Positions 12,604-25,900 of a stretch of 64,000 nucleotides of DNA are shown here, in pieces. The translations under genes and the position numbers were made by a program. Location of the stretch: contig JBPGPT010000004.1 of NCBI GenBank assembly GCA_051047955.1, positions 248,001-312,000 of the forward strand, written 5' to 3'. Positions within the stretch are counted from its first letter, which is position 1. Every line of letters starts with the position of its first letter. The DNA is from Cystobasidiomycetes sp. EMM_F5. Taxonomy: Eukaryota. The notes under the pieces are model-generated. The model ran no database searches and had not been told where the DNA came from. It was given only the letters and a program-made list of their open reading frames with translations.

Positions 12604-12930
12604 TCTTGCTCTGAAGTAGGGTTAATGTAAAATACTAAATTTGCTCGTCCAGTCTTGGCAGCGTCCTTAATTGTAGAGGCATGTCCAGCCTGCGCCTCTC
12701 CCCACCGGCATGTATGCGTTTGCGCCATCTGATAAGCCCTTTCCGCCGCCTAATCCGCGAGATTTGGCTTGGGACTGATTCTTTGATCTTTCAATCAGCG
12801 CCACCTGATTTCTCTTTCTGCTCTGCACCGTCCAGCAGCTTGCACCGTCCACCGGTACTTATAGTGACGACTCGTCATCTAGCTCAGAGTCGGCGGGCAT
12901 CAGTCCAACGCAAGTCTCGCCAAACCCATC

Positions 12931-14339
12931 ATGGCTTCATTCCTCAGGACGCCAATATACGCGATGGTCAAGAGCGAGAGTGCAGCAGCAACGCCAGACC
13001 TGAGCATGACGGACAGCGATGGCGATACATCCACCTCGACATCGTCTCCGGACGACGAACGCTTCATGCTGGGCAACCTTGACCGGCTTCGTGACCCGTC
13101 GACGCAATGGCACCTTGCAAAGGCTGCCTGGTTGGCAGAGGGATCAGGCTGGGATCTGTCTGGCAAGAAGGACCTGTCGAGATTGTTAAAGGAAGCTACC
13201 GCGCAAGCTCACGTCGACGTGCTTCGACCTGCCGTCGTAAAGTCAGTGTTTGCCGCGTGTCACGGATGCCGTCAATACCTGATCCCGTGTCCCCTTTCAT
13301 GCAGTAAACTCATTACGGGTCAGATTCCGTTACAAGTACATGTGCGCTATCTTATGATGCTGCACTGCGTTTACGAGTGCGTCCGTTGACTTCCCGCGAT
13401 GTTTCGAAAGTTCGACTAAACAACGTCATCTGCAGGACAATGGAAGCCGGACTCGCGCAACACGCCCATCATCCCTGTCTCGCTCCATCTCACAACGCCC
13501 ACATACTCGACCGCACACAAGCTATCACCGAAGACATTTCCTACTTTCTCAAATTGGCCCCCGGTGTTGACTGGCAAAGCCACCCGCTAGCACAACCGGT
13601 ACTCAGACGACCTCCGGCTGCGCTTACCGCCTATTTAGATCGTCTGAGATCACTTGCCGACGATAATCACAGTCAACCTCGTCACTGGCAGCGGGACGGA
13701 ACTCTGGTGTATCCGCCGGCGCCAGCAAGTGTGCCATTGTTGCTTGCGCATGCGTACGTACGGTATATGGGCGATCTAAACGGAGGTCAAATGATCAAGA
13801 ACAGTGTGGCTACTGCGTACGATATCGACAAGGAGCAGACAGATGGACTACGCTTCTATCGTTTTGATATCGGTTCAACGTCAGATGCCACCGACTTTGA
13901 GGGTGCTGCTTCGCCTGCGCAAATCAGCAAACTAGCGAGCACCTTTCGTAGAGGCATAGACGCCGCTGGTCAACTCATGAGTGCAGCGGATCGGGCGGCC
14001 ATGCTGCAGGAAGCCAACCATGCATTCGAGCTGAATATTGCACTGTTTTCGTCTTTCGACGACGATGACAATGACGACAGCGCAATGGAGCCTACAAGTA
14101 GCAAGAAAGTCGTCCTGGAACGTTTACAGCCACCTCCTGGCGTCGGTATACCGGCTATACCCTCTCCCTCACTCGAAGGTTACGCCAAAGCTGCAACGTA
14201 CATGCCAAAGTCGAGGAACCTCACGGCAGACTCTAGTACAAGGTTGGTCTCGAAGAGTGTGAATGGAATACCAGCTCCTTTGCTGGCTGTGGCAGTAGCA
14301 GTTCCGTTCTGCCTGCTGCTGTGGAGCCTGTCTAGATGA
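12931..14339 (+). CDS. HMX1: Heme oxygenase (Hmx1-like), C-terminally anchored
   Basis: LSRLLKEATAQAH (proximal His), YLMMLHCVYE, LLAHAYVRYMGDLNGGQ, GLRFYRF, EANHAFELNIALF, C-terminal TM helix. Confidence 0.9.
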
Positions 14340-14702
14340 GAGTTGCTCTGGGCTTCCCTGGATGACGATGTCCGTATGCAGTATCATGCATGATGCGTTC
14401 AAGATAAGTTGGAAACGAGTGTCTGACGCCGTACCTATGTAGCTTCAGTCCGCTTAGCCTAGTCTGTCAATGAATGTCGTTGTAAATGAACGAGTCCAGA
14501 GCATCTGTGCACAATATGTGGCTCTCTGTGTACGTATGTGTTTTCGGAATTTTGAAGGTCACCCCGCAGACTTTCTCGTTGGCGGTGCATGACCTCGAGC
14601 CATATTTGCGCGAGGACGACCCTCAGCCATCGAGTGGCTACTACGAGCAGAATGTCCTTTGGTCGTGTTGCTTTAAGACGAGCCAACATCTTCTAATCCG
14701 TC

Positions 14703-15785
14703 ATGCGGTCCACCAATACACCGGCCTGGCTGGGTGCCGTTGCGCTATTGCTGACGACCTGCACGTACGCGACTGCTATTCCCGAAAGGCGGGCGACTTC
14801 TTCTGCTGCTGTGGCATACTACCCCCCAGCTCAGAATGGCGGAAGCATGCTCACGTACACGTATGGCTCTGGCGGAGAGCGTGAGTGCATGGAGTCGCTG
14901 TCGAAGGTTTTGGCTGATCTCGCCACCATTCTCTTCAGCCATAAATATGATACTATCGGGTCTCTCATCGGCATCCGTACTGACGCCTGCTGGCTTTTTA
15001 AACTATGCGCAATCCTTAAACTTCTCTGGAGAATGTCTAGGCGGACATTTGGGCGGATATCAAGCCGCCAATTTGGGCGATGGAGCTGGCCTCCATAATC
15101 AGACTGGCATCTATCGATACGATTTCGGTGATCCAGTCATCGGGACATGTACAGAGAGCATAGACGGAGGGAATCACTTCAGGTTTGCTGGCTTTTGTTT
15201 AGACAGAACTTGCGCCAGTGTGCTGACAATCTACCCAATTGTCGCAGGTTTTGGGTGCAAAACGGGACATCCGCCAATTCTGGTGCATACTTCATTGCGG
15301 CATCTGTCGAGATGAGCGCGGATAATCAGCACAATATAGTATCGAACGGCTACAATCTTGGCCGCGACAATATTCTAGCTTCTGCGAAGCAAATGAACAG
15401 CACGGCATATAACGGCGTTGTCTACACAACACGTGTGCAGATGGTGTCTGGACTAGAGTCTTGTACGTATTGCAGATCTTGTCAGCCCCCATGAGCTGAC
15501 GCACATTTGTCAAAATTCAGCTGGCTCCGCTGGGATCAATCATGGAATATCAATAGACGGTCAAGTTGCGGTACTGACTGTGACTGCTGTGAACACAACA
15601 AGTTCAGCAGCGGCTCAGTCCACAAAGTGAGCTGGGTCGTGTGTTCGTGCCGAGTCCGCATCGCCGCTGACGCCTTCTCTTGCAGCCCGTCAAATCATGC
15701 TCGTACATCTATACAACTCTTCTGTCAACCAATGCTGTACTCTTTATTAGTGTTCTCAGTGCTACTGGCAAGCGTGCTGGTGTAG
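14703..15785 (+). CDS. Conserved basidiomycete-type secreted protein of unknown function with GPI-like tail, multi-exon
   Basis: Signal peptide; spliced core YYPPAQNGGSMLT..EPINMILSGLS..ECLGGHLG..ANLGDG..GTCTESIDGGNHFR|FWVQNG..AYFIAASVE..HNIVSNGYNLGRD; hydrophobic C-terminus. Confidence 0.78.
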
Positions 15786-16066
15786 CATTAGGTGTCCAAT
15801 GACTGTGGAGGCGGGGGATATCCAAGTAGAGACGGCTTCCAAAAAACAATGCCTACATCTAACTTCTCTACAACCTGGCTAATGACAAAAGGCCCTCTAA
15901 CAGTATGAAGACATACTTCGCGTATTGTGTGGGTAAGACCGGCACCGAAACGGCGTTTAACGGTGACACAGAATCGTTAGGGCAGCTCGCTTTTTTTCCT
16001 CGACGCGATGCCTTGCTTGGCTCTAGGTCACTCCAGTGCAGACCTGCTGCAATCCGTTTCTGCAAT

Positions 16067-17614
16067 ATGCCTCCAATCTCGCACCGAGCTGACGAGGAGA
16101 CCCCTTTGTTGCAAGCAGCGAAACCTGATTCGTTCCCTTGGTTGCGAACGTTAGCTCTGTGTCTGTCACGAAGTCTGGAAACTTTCGTCTTCTTCTCTAT
16201 CATTCCGTGGATACCCGCATTGATTGAACGAACAGGTATCAGTAAGCAGGACCTAGGCTTCTATGTCGGGCTGGTGGAGGCCTGCTTTTCCGCGACGCAG
16301 TTCGTCTTTATTCTCTTCTGGGGTCAGGTTGCGGACCGATATGGGCGGAAACCGACACTCCTTATCGCTCTAGCCGGTGTTTCCTTTTGCACGGCAGCTT
16401 TCGGTACCTCGACATCAGTAGCACAGATGATTCTGTATCGAAGTATTGCAGGGGTCTTCTCCGCTTGCACAGCGTGAGCAGAGGTATTGTGATTGTAGAT
16501 TATGGTAAGCTAATTCCTGCTGCCTATGGTGCAGAACTGTCCGCGTCATGTTGGGCGATCTTCCCAACCGGGACCACATTACGCGAGGATACGCTTATGC
16601 GGCAGTCGCAGGCCAACTAGCAGCGTTCGCCAGTCCTCTCCTCTCAGGGTTGTTGTATGAGCCTTCAGCCCGCTATCCTGGGTTGACTCATTGGCTTCCG
16701 TTACTAGAACGGTATCCCGCTCTACTGCCGTGTCTGCTGAATGGCAGTGTTGGCATGACAGCATTCGTAGCAGTATTGCTGTTCGTCGAAGCGGTAAGCA
16801 TAGGCGATGCAGCCATGCGAGCGTCTTGTTGACAAGATGACCCATGTTCAGGCGCCTGCCCAAAAGATGAACGTTGCTGAAGTGGGCGAGAGACTTTCGT
16901 TGATGAAAGTTCTAGCAATTCCTGCAGTGCGCTTCGCTGCTTTGCTGCAAATTTGGGGCTGGACAGTCGATAATAGCATCGCTGGGGCTTCAACGACATT
17001 CTTCTATACGAGTGTGGAATTGGGCGGATGGGGATGGACGTCGCAGCGCATCAGTATGCTGTTAGCCTTCACCGGGATAACGGCAGCGATCTGGTCGGCA
17101 CTGATGCTGCCCCCCGTCACACGCCGATATGGAGAACGCCTCATCATCATTGTAGCTGCGTACATTATGTTGCTTATACCATTATGGTATATAATCTCGA
17201 ATGAGCTGTTGAGACACCGGCTCGACGTTGCCTTCTGGGCTATCCTACCGATTATCGCCACAGTCTCCACTCTCGCATTATCGTCTTGTTTGGGTCAGTC
17301 ATCGCAGTTCACACTACTGTCAGGACTCGGACTGACAGAGCATTTCCAATATTGTAGTCAATATGCAAGTTGCAGTGAACAATCTTGTTCCGCATTACGC
17401 CCTCGGGCGGGTCATGAGCATCATATACGCTCTTGGGGCCTTGCAGCGATCCGTCTCACCAACAGTCTCGAACACTCTGCTGGCGATCAGCGTCCGCAAC
17501 CAGATCTTGGGCGGTCATTTGGTATGGATCGTGTTAGCTGCATGGTCTGCGGGCTTCGTAGGATTTGCTTCACGAAAAGACTGGAGTCGCGCCCCACCAC
17601 TACAAAGTAATTGA
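16067..17614 (+). CDS. MFS transporter (DHA1/tetracycline-resistance-like), multi-exon
   Basis: EETPLL N-terminal motif, GFYVGLVE, motif A WGQVADRYGRKP, RSIAGVF, multiple TM segments, LGGWGWTS. Confidence 0.9.
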
Positions 17615-17723
17615 TACTATGACACATCACCCCTCCTCCGCTATGAGCGCCGATACTTCAAAACTCCTGCACTTTTGTGTTCAGCGAGCACTTTGCAGCC
17701 CTGCCCCATGCACAGTACATACC

Positions 17724-18281
17724 TCATTCGCAACTGGCGATGTTGCCAATTATAGCATTCGTAAAGCTCCCGTTTCTGACCGCAGTCACGCAATTCCTGG
17801 AGAGCATCTTCTTGAAGAGACGACAACCAATGACGGGAGTGCCGCCATTGTCGCCATATTTCGCAAGGGATGGCATATTGTAAGCCATGAAGGCTGACTG
17901 GCACTCGCCCTTGACCGGTTGGCCATTGTTTGCAGCTCGAGCGGACTGTCTTAGACCATTACAGCGCTCCAAGCATTGTGTAAACAATGTCTCCAGGTCA
18001 GCACTGGACGCATCGTCGCCCTGCAACGGCAGATCGTAAGAGTAGATGAGATATTTGGACAGTATCCCATATTTGGGCCGTAAGGCAGCTTGAGGAGACG
18101 ACAGATCCCATGGTGAAACGAGGGGATATTTTACATCGCAGCTATCTATGTTTGCTGACGGCGCTCCTCCAGCTCTTGAGAAGATCGGTACCAGATGGGA
18201 AGGCAATTCTGCACTGGTGCCGATGACGAAGGTGAAGATGACCAGTACTAAGAGGTGAAGCGTAGTCTTCCCATTTGCCAT
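17724..18281 (-). CDS. Small secreted cysteine-rich protein, PAN/apple-like Cys spacing, intronless
   Basis: Signal peptide MANGKTTLHLLVLVIFTFVIGTSA; 7 Cys with pattern QCLERC...ECQSAF...GCRLF; 185 aa from ATG 18281. Confidence 0.72.
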   Translation of the reverse strand: MANGKTTLHLLVLVIFTFVIGTSAELPSHLVPIFSRAGGAPSANIDSCDVKYPLVSPWDLSSPQAALRPKYGILSKYLIYSYDLPLQGDDASSADLETLFTQCLERCNGLRQSARAANNGQPVKGECQSAFMAYNMPSLAKYGDNGGTPVIGCRLFKKMLSRNCVTAVRNGSFTNAIIGNIASCE

Positions 18282-18771
18282 ACTGTTTATGTTCGTATTC
18301 AGCAAACTTGACGGTGTTGCGATTCATACTCATCATATTCATCCCCAATCTACGCACCTGGTATATACTGGCTTTGAGGCTGCCACCTCTTGAAGACAAT
18401 CCTGTGTAGACGGCTAAGCTGCTGTTCCAACATAGCGCTGTCAGCTTTCGTCAGATAACCCTCGCCCAGACGTGTACTAACTTACGCGCCTACTTTTACA
18501 CGTCCTGGCCACGTGGCAGATTGCAGAACGCGTCGTCGACGCGTCGACTTTCGCAGCCACCGCACGCAGCGAGCTCGCACGCTTGATTCAAGCGGGCATG
18601 AGCGAGTATGTCTGTGCGTACGCGATGTCGCACGCAATGATAGGCAACTTGACAGACATCCTTCATACGTGGTTCCCGTACAAATAACAACAACAGATTT
18701 GACGCACAAAACAATAGGCAAGCGAATAAGACGACGCATTAACGTCAGGCGCCAGCCGACCATGCTACATG

Positions 18772-21700
18772 TTAGGTATCAATAGTCCATCCTGCGGCTT
18801 TCTTCGAATGCTTATCCAACCAGACTCCAAGATCAGTCAATAGGACCCTGCAAATGACCTTGCCGAAGAAATCCGAAGTCCGCTTCAGCTTGTTGATAAT
18901 TCCCTGTCTCATCCTCTCATCAACGTCGCTATATAGCGTATGCGGTGAGATGGGCTCAGCTGCGATTCCTTGCGTTCGTCGGCGATGGCTATTCTGGTTG
19001 GCTTCGAGAGGCGATTCCTCCGATGGGCCTCGAATGGCCGCCAGATGTCTATCGAACAGTTGCGCTTGTGAGCAGACTCGAGCAATAGCAGCGACATATG
19101 TCTCCGGAGCGTCCAGACTGGTAAGCATGTCAGCCAGCCAATAATTGCTAAAGGGCGGTGAAACGTACTTCTTGTTTTTCATTTTGCCCATCGACCTTGA
19201 GAATTTGGAGCTTAATGAACCAAAGCCGCTCTGTATCACGATTAGCTAGCTAATATAGATCTAGATGCCGTCATTACACGTACAGCACCGCTTTTACGTC
19301 CGCCAGATGATTCTATATAGCCTAATTTGCGCGACAAGATAGCTTGAATTTCGTCACAGACGATATCAAATGACTCCAGTTCTCGAGCAAACGTTGAAGC
19401 GATTTCCACTGGGTGAGCATTGATAGCCGATCCTCGATGACGCAGCAAACCTTGGCCTGCCCTTTCGAGTCCCTCGAAAGCCGAGAGCAACGTATCTAAC
19501 GCGCGGACCTTCGTTTCTACGTGCAGCAGTTTCACACCATTTTGGGACCAAAGACCACGCGGTATGTATAGCCGAGGAGTCAGATACCCACCTACTTGCA
19601 TAGACTCGCATAACTGCTGCATAAAGTAGAACGGCCTCCTCGCAACGTCGGCAGGCGGAGGTCGGTAAGTAGTACTTATATTAGAATTAGATGGTTCAGG
19701 CGAAGCTGGTGCAAATGTCGCTGATACCGGCGTCTCGGGATCCAGAAAGCTGAGCGAGCTTACTGATAGATTAGCTCTGCTGACCGAAGATGCATAGGCT
19801 GCGCTTTGATCGTGTGACGAGATAGACTCGTTGACCGAGACTCCACTAAGAATCCGTCCATTGACACTGCCGGCGATTGCTAGGGGATCGCTGTCCGCAC
19901 GTGTCATCCCCGGCGCTGATGCAACTGCTAGCAATGGCAACGGAGGGACGGGTCCCACGTCGCTGGCGTGAGATGCTATACTCGGCCGTCTGACTGGTTG
20001 GGAGATGGCGCGGAGACGCAGCGGTAATGATCCGGAGACATCGAAGGGTACGATGTCGGTGGGACCGGCAGAGGCACTCGATCGCGTGTCAGCGTTGACA
20101 TCGTCGGAGAAAGCTGAACCGCGGGAAGCGAAATCGTCTGCTGGATTGGGAGAGCGTCGGCGCTGGCTGATGGTGCCCAATGTCGTTGTTGGGTTCACTA
20201 GCATCTGTCGGGCTTCGGTCTCCGAATGCCTGCCTGCCGCTGAAGTTCTATGGTGCTTCGCTGGATCATGAGAACGCAACGGTGGAAGGGAGGGGTCCTT
20301 TAACACTCTGGAGTCATGTCCATTTAACGCACGAGAATGAGTCTCAGCAGGGTCATTAGCGGCGAGGAAATTTTCTGCGGCTGACGCCGCACGGGCCTGG
20401 GAAGCACGGGTTCCAGAGATGCTGTCGGAGTGCGATCTAGACTGTGTTTGCGCTGAATCTGCAGGAGCTTTTGATTCTGTCGTCCGATGTTGTATTGTGC
20501 GAGCCAGTTGTGGTGATGTATTAGCTGGTATAGCGGGAGATATTTGGAAGGATGCTGTATCCGGTGTGGGTGTCAGCGTATCGAAAGACGAATCCTCCGG
20601 GACATGAGAAGCCTTATGTCCGATTTTGGGGGACGTTCCTGCGATTGCAGACTGTGGCGTCTGAGGAACTGTCTTCATAGGCGGAGATATCCGGCTCCAC
20701 AGGCTTCGAGCAGAAGAAGTACTGGAGCTAGACATTGTTTTGCGGTGCTTCGAAGGCGATGATTCAAGGGTGGTCGTACGGATTCGAGGCGATGTGTTAG
20801 CCGCCGGCCGATTCGAGTCCCCACGAAACCCAGTAATGGCGCTACTAGAATCCGGCGAAAATTCCAGCATTGACCGGTCTAGGTCTCTGCTGGTTTGAGG
20901 ATGTCGTGCAATTTGTGGTTGCGACGAGCCGCTGCTGCTCGCAGACAAGGGCGATGCAGCAGATCGGTCCGCCAGGAGCGGTGTGCGTCCCAGCTCGGGA
21001 AGGGCAATTTGCGGTGGTGACGATGACTGAACGGCGTTTATTAATTGTCCATCTCTATGCCCGGCGGCAGACATCTGTCTGACGTGTTTTCCAGGCTTCG
21101 GAGACCCGCTCGGAAAAGGTAGTGCTGATTCTCGGGGATTTACGGTACCGCGATGATGTAAAGAAGATGAGTATCCCAGGCCGGGAGACTCAGACATGCC
21201 ATTAGGATACTTCTGGCTACTCTGATGGACTGTATTCGTTTGCGTCGTGCCAACGGGTCCCGTAGTAGCTGTATTTGACCCCGATGACCGCGGATAAGGC
21301 CCAGCTTGACGAGCCTGGACTTCGGCTTTCAGAACATCTATACGTTCGTTGTATGTATCGTGCTGTAGCGTGAGCAGATCCGATGTGAGCAAGGGTATGT
21401 TGCATCACAATATGATTATGACGACGTACAATAGTTTTCAGACGGCGGCTCTCGTCTTGCCGGCTCTTCTCACGCTTCTCCAACTTTTGCTCACGGCGAA
21501 GACGTTCACGACGTTCTTGATCCGTTTCGTCATCTTCTAGTGGTGGGCGAGATTGACTAGAGTGCCGGGATTGCCAATCCTCCCCATACTGTTCTCGCAT
21601 TTGGCGTTCCTTGCGTCTTGTCCGAAGACTTTGGAGCTTTTCTTCCTCTTTTGCTCGCCATGAACCAGTTGACTCATCGACCCTAATCATTACCTCTTTG

Positions 21701-22680
21701 AGCAAGTGCACACTCTGCAAGTACGCAGCCATGGCTGCCTCCTCATTTCCTGGCGTATCCAACAGGACAGCAGACTGCGCCTTCTGCAGTGCTACCGTCA
21801 GCACAGACTTGCTGGACATGTCTCCTACGCCCCTATGCGCGCTCGTAGGCGATGTCAATGCATCTCCGCTCATCGTGTTCGATAACGTGGATGTCCGGCG
21901 CCGGGAGTTGGGGCGATCCCGGTCCACTGACGTGCCTTCTGCTGACGGCGAAGTGGGATTTCGATGATCTCGGACTGTCGCTATGCTTGTGGCGCTGGAA
22001 CTGCTGGGTCTGTTGGGCGGCTTCACCGGCAAGCTGGCGCCACGTGCAGTTGACAAATCCCGAGAGCTGCCTTCCGTAAATGTAGCATTCGAGGCTCCGC
22101 TACTTTCAGCAGTGTTGACGTCGCTGTGTGCACCTGTCGGCCTTCTTTGACTAGATGATTTATTCCACGATGGGGACGCACTACCTGCGGTGGATATGCT
22201 GTTCGATGAACTGGACGGCGGTAGTCGGGGCGAGACGTGTCCCTTCTTGAGTTGCATATAGTCGAGCTGTTCCAGAAAGGCGTCCGGGGGCAGAGCTGGC
22301 AGAGCTGACGTCGGGGGCGGACCTATCGCACTCGGCTGCCGCTGGACGAGCGGCCTAGTCGGCGATGTTGTGGCAGGCATACCATTCGATTTAGCACTTC
22401 TTGTACCCTGTTCGAGACCACCGATACCAAGTCCACCTGCCGGCTGCGATGGCTTGGACGGCGGCAGCTTCGCTTGGACTGCATTGCCCGTCAGGATCTC
22501 TTCAAACGACGGCGGCTTGGGTGATGAGCGCTGCAATAGGAATCCTGGCGAGCTGGCACTGTTGGGCGCCGTCTGGAAGGACGATAGGGAATTGTTGGAT
22601 CCATCGCGCGACAAGGCCGGCGACAGCGATAGCGGGCCATTGTCCAGGCCTGGCAGAGCTTGACTAGCAGCCAGCGACAT
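18772..22680 (-). CDS. Fungal MIT-domain-containing protein, multi-exon
   Basis: MIT-like helices VLTVALQKAQSAVLLD..AAMAAYLQSVHLLKEV..RLKTI|HDTYNERI; long Ser/Pro-rich linker; conserved-looking C-terminal domain RRPFYFMQQL..GGYLTPRLYIPRGLWSQ..FFGKVICRVLLTDL. Confidence 0.82.
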
Positions 22681-22907
22681 GTTCGAGCAGTCCTTTACAG
22701 CTCGATATGGGTTTGTACTTGTAATCTCAGCCCGGCCCGAGCGTGTTCAGCCCAAAAGGCCTTGGATAGTATCCGCGTCGTGATGCTGCAGCCTGGCTCA
22801 GTCATCCGTCATAACGAGGTGCATGCAGAGTCATGTTGGTGACATTGTTGGATTATCGCAGACAACAGTGAGATGGATGTGACAACGAGGTCCGATCATC
22901 GATATCC

Positions 22908-25900
22908 CTAGCGTAATCTCTGCAGCTCTTCCACGAGCGCAACAACAGTCTCCCGTGTTGCTGAAATCTTCTCGTGTTCGCTCTTCCCCGCCAAGACAGC
23001 GTCAACCTCCTCAGGACTCAGATCCAAGAGAACCTCAACTAGGCTTCCGTCGATGAAGCCTGCAGCGGGCTGGTTCTTGTATTCAGACTTGAAGGCTCGG
23101 TAGTCCATCTGCGATAGGTTGCCAGCACCGCGCACATCTGCGTAGCGGCGCAGATTCCGTTCGAGTGAAGTAAGCAGCTGGCCCGTCTCGCTCGACGGAA
23201 CATCTGCCAATACCCCGATGGATCCGACAGACGTACAGAACAGCAAGCAAGGATTCGCTTGCCTGATGACGCTCCGTCCTCTGTGATCAGTATCAGAGTA
23301 ACCAGCGACAAGTGTTCCTGTCATTAATCAACGAGTAGGTATTCACCTACACGTCAGTAATCCGTAACAGCTAACGAGGTAGACACGCGCACCCTCCACA
23401 AACTTGTTGACAATCTCCCCAATATGTATCCGGCCCTGTTGCGCAAGCACGTAGCTTGGCTCACTCGTCGGACGAAAAGCATAATCCAGGATTGCATGTC
23501 CGCTGTTGACGATGTTTGCAGTGAATAGGTTTTCATCGAGGTCTGCAACCACGATCGATAGCCCCGCTTCGGCAATTGCAGTATTTTCGCTCTTGACAGT
23601 TGCATCGTCACCAGCCAGGCGCTTGCCCTCCTGGACCGAGTCTCCTTTGCCTGTACGGTCGCTGGCAATAAAAGCAGCCGCAAAAATACCATACGCAGTC
23701 AAATCTCTGGCCACTTCTTTGACTAGCGCACGCTCGGGGTTGGTATCGGTATCAACCCTGAGTATGCTTGCTGAGCGTAGAGGATCAATGGCAATCATAA
23801 TATTGCCTCGCGACACCAAGCCGTAGCTGATGAAGCTAGAACTCCACGATCCCGACTCTTGAGGGTCGGCGTTGGATCTCAAACGAAAGGTCTTTACTGA
23901 ATGGTTGATGGCGGCCGCAAAGTAATCTCCCGGTAGTTGTGTGATTGCATGTACTGCTCCATGAACGTCATACTTGCCAAACAGCCTCCATTCTTGCATT
24001 TCTGCAGCTTGGTACAGCAATACTCGACCCTTGAAAGCTTCTTCCTCTTCGGGATTGATGTAGGCAGTTCCGACAGCAAAATATTCTTGCCCGTCTGCCA
24101 TCGACACCATTGCTACTGATCGTGCCTCTTCCTGTCGTTCGAGGTCGAAACTCGCCAAGACTGACATGTCCCATCTGTCAGTGAATCATGAGTTGCCCAA
24201 GATACCCGCTGGTCACTTACCTGCGAAAGTGGATTCGTCCAGGACCTTGAAGGAACTAGATCGATGTATGTCACCCGTGCTACGCTCCAATCGCTCCCGC
24301 AGGAAGATAACACCGTATGCCTTCTGCTTCGTACTGTGAGTGATACGACGGGGAGCCTCGTCACCCAACCTGATTGTACGAATATGCAGCTTTTGCAAGC
24401 TGTCAATTTTGCCAATCTGAATGCCAGTCGGAGAGGCTAACACTAGTGCATTGGTGTATGTACTGTGGTTGAACGTGCATGCGCCCGTCGCATCTTTTGC
24501 ATTTGCGTTCGCAAAGGCCAGCTTTCCGCGTTCGCGCGATGCTATAGTGCACCTATTGCTCGCAATCAGGACGGCCTCCATGGGCGGAATACCATCGTTT
24601 TCACTGCCACCTGTTGCGATACGCGTGATGCTGACGGGACGAGAACCAAGACTGATGACCCGTTTGCTGCTCTTATCTATTCGCACTTGACTACCCGTAT
24701 CAGTTCTATACGAATAGGAGATCATGCTGCCGTCGCCCAATCCCACGAATAGGTAAGAAGCCGCGTCGTAGCCTTCGACATGCAGTGTCGTACTGACTAC
24801 TGAACGAGGTAAGAATGACGTTTCCAAAGCAACATCTTCGAGCAGATCGAGGCTCGGGGCAGCCAGTGTAACGACGCTCAGCGATTGCCACAGCGTGACC
24901 GTCGCCAGAATGATCTGCTGGTCGCCAGCAAAGTCCAGTCGGGACAGGTCCACGGCACTAACATCATGCGGCATTGTCCGGGTCGCAACCACCTCGATTT
25001 CGTCACTTGAGAGTCTGAGCAGGACAAGCTCCTGTCCACCCGTTCCCAAGAGTAATAGATCGTCGTAGGCTGCTGCGGTTGTAACTTTACTGCCGCTTGA
25101 AGGCTGCCACTTTGACGTGGTACATGTCACTGCGCTAGTTGTGACTTGGAAGTGTTGCCCGCAAGCAGTATGTGCCAAGATGGTTGCAAGACCCAGGTCG
25201 AAGCTTGCAAACTCGCTTAGCTCTTCTACTGCGCCATCGCTGTCAAACGACAGCACGCGACTTTCGTTCGCAAAAGATAGCACGATGGTGTCCTGATGTA
25301 CAGCGTCCGATGAGGATGATAGAGACCAGACACGCTGAATGCCATCGATGTCCAACGATGCCAATTCGGACAGACCTACGCCATGCCGCACAACGCGCAG
25401 AGTGCCGTCATCTCTTCCGCCAGAGCAAGTCACCATGTTACTCGGACCCGCGCCATCATCAGTCTCGACGACGCAAAAGTCGACAATGGGTGCCAAATTC
25501 GGAAATGCGTTCACGATTTCTAGTTCGTTTGCTCCGTCTGCACCGGGACCAGATGCCACGTCGACATCCATTGACGATGCGTCACGCGGCTGCTCGTCCT
25601 TCTTAACGGAAGAAGAGGACGGAAGTCGAACGAGGAGCGAGTCGCCATAGTGCGAACCAACAAACACGTACCGATCGCCCAGCGGGACCAAGCATGTCGG
25701 AGATGAGACTCGTCCATTGGCTACTTGCCTGTATGACAGCTTGATATGCAAAGGCGATTGGCCAGACATGGACCCTGAACGGCTTGATCGTCTTTGTCTG
25801 GGAGTCGTATTGATGGAGGATGAGGGCGACGTAGACAGCTTGATTGGTGATGTTGGTGGTGACATAGCCGAGCGCGAGACTAGCTGACCCATACTCAATT

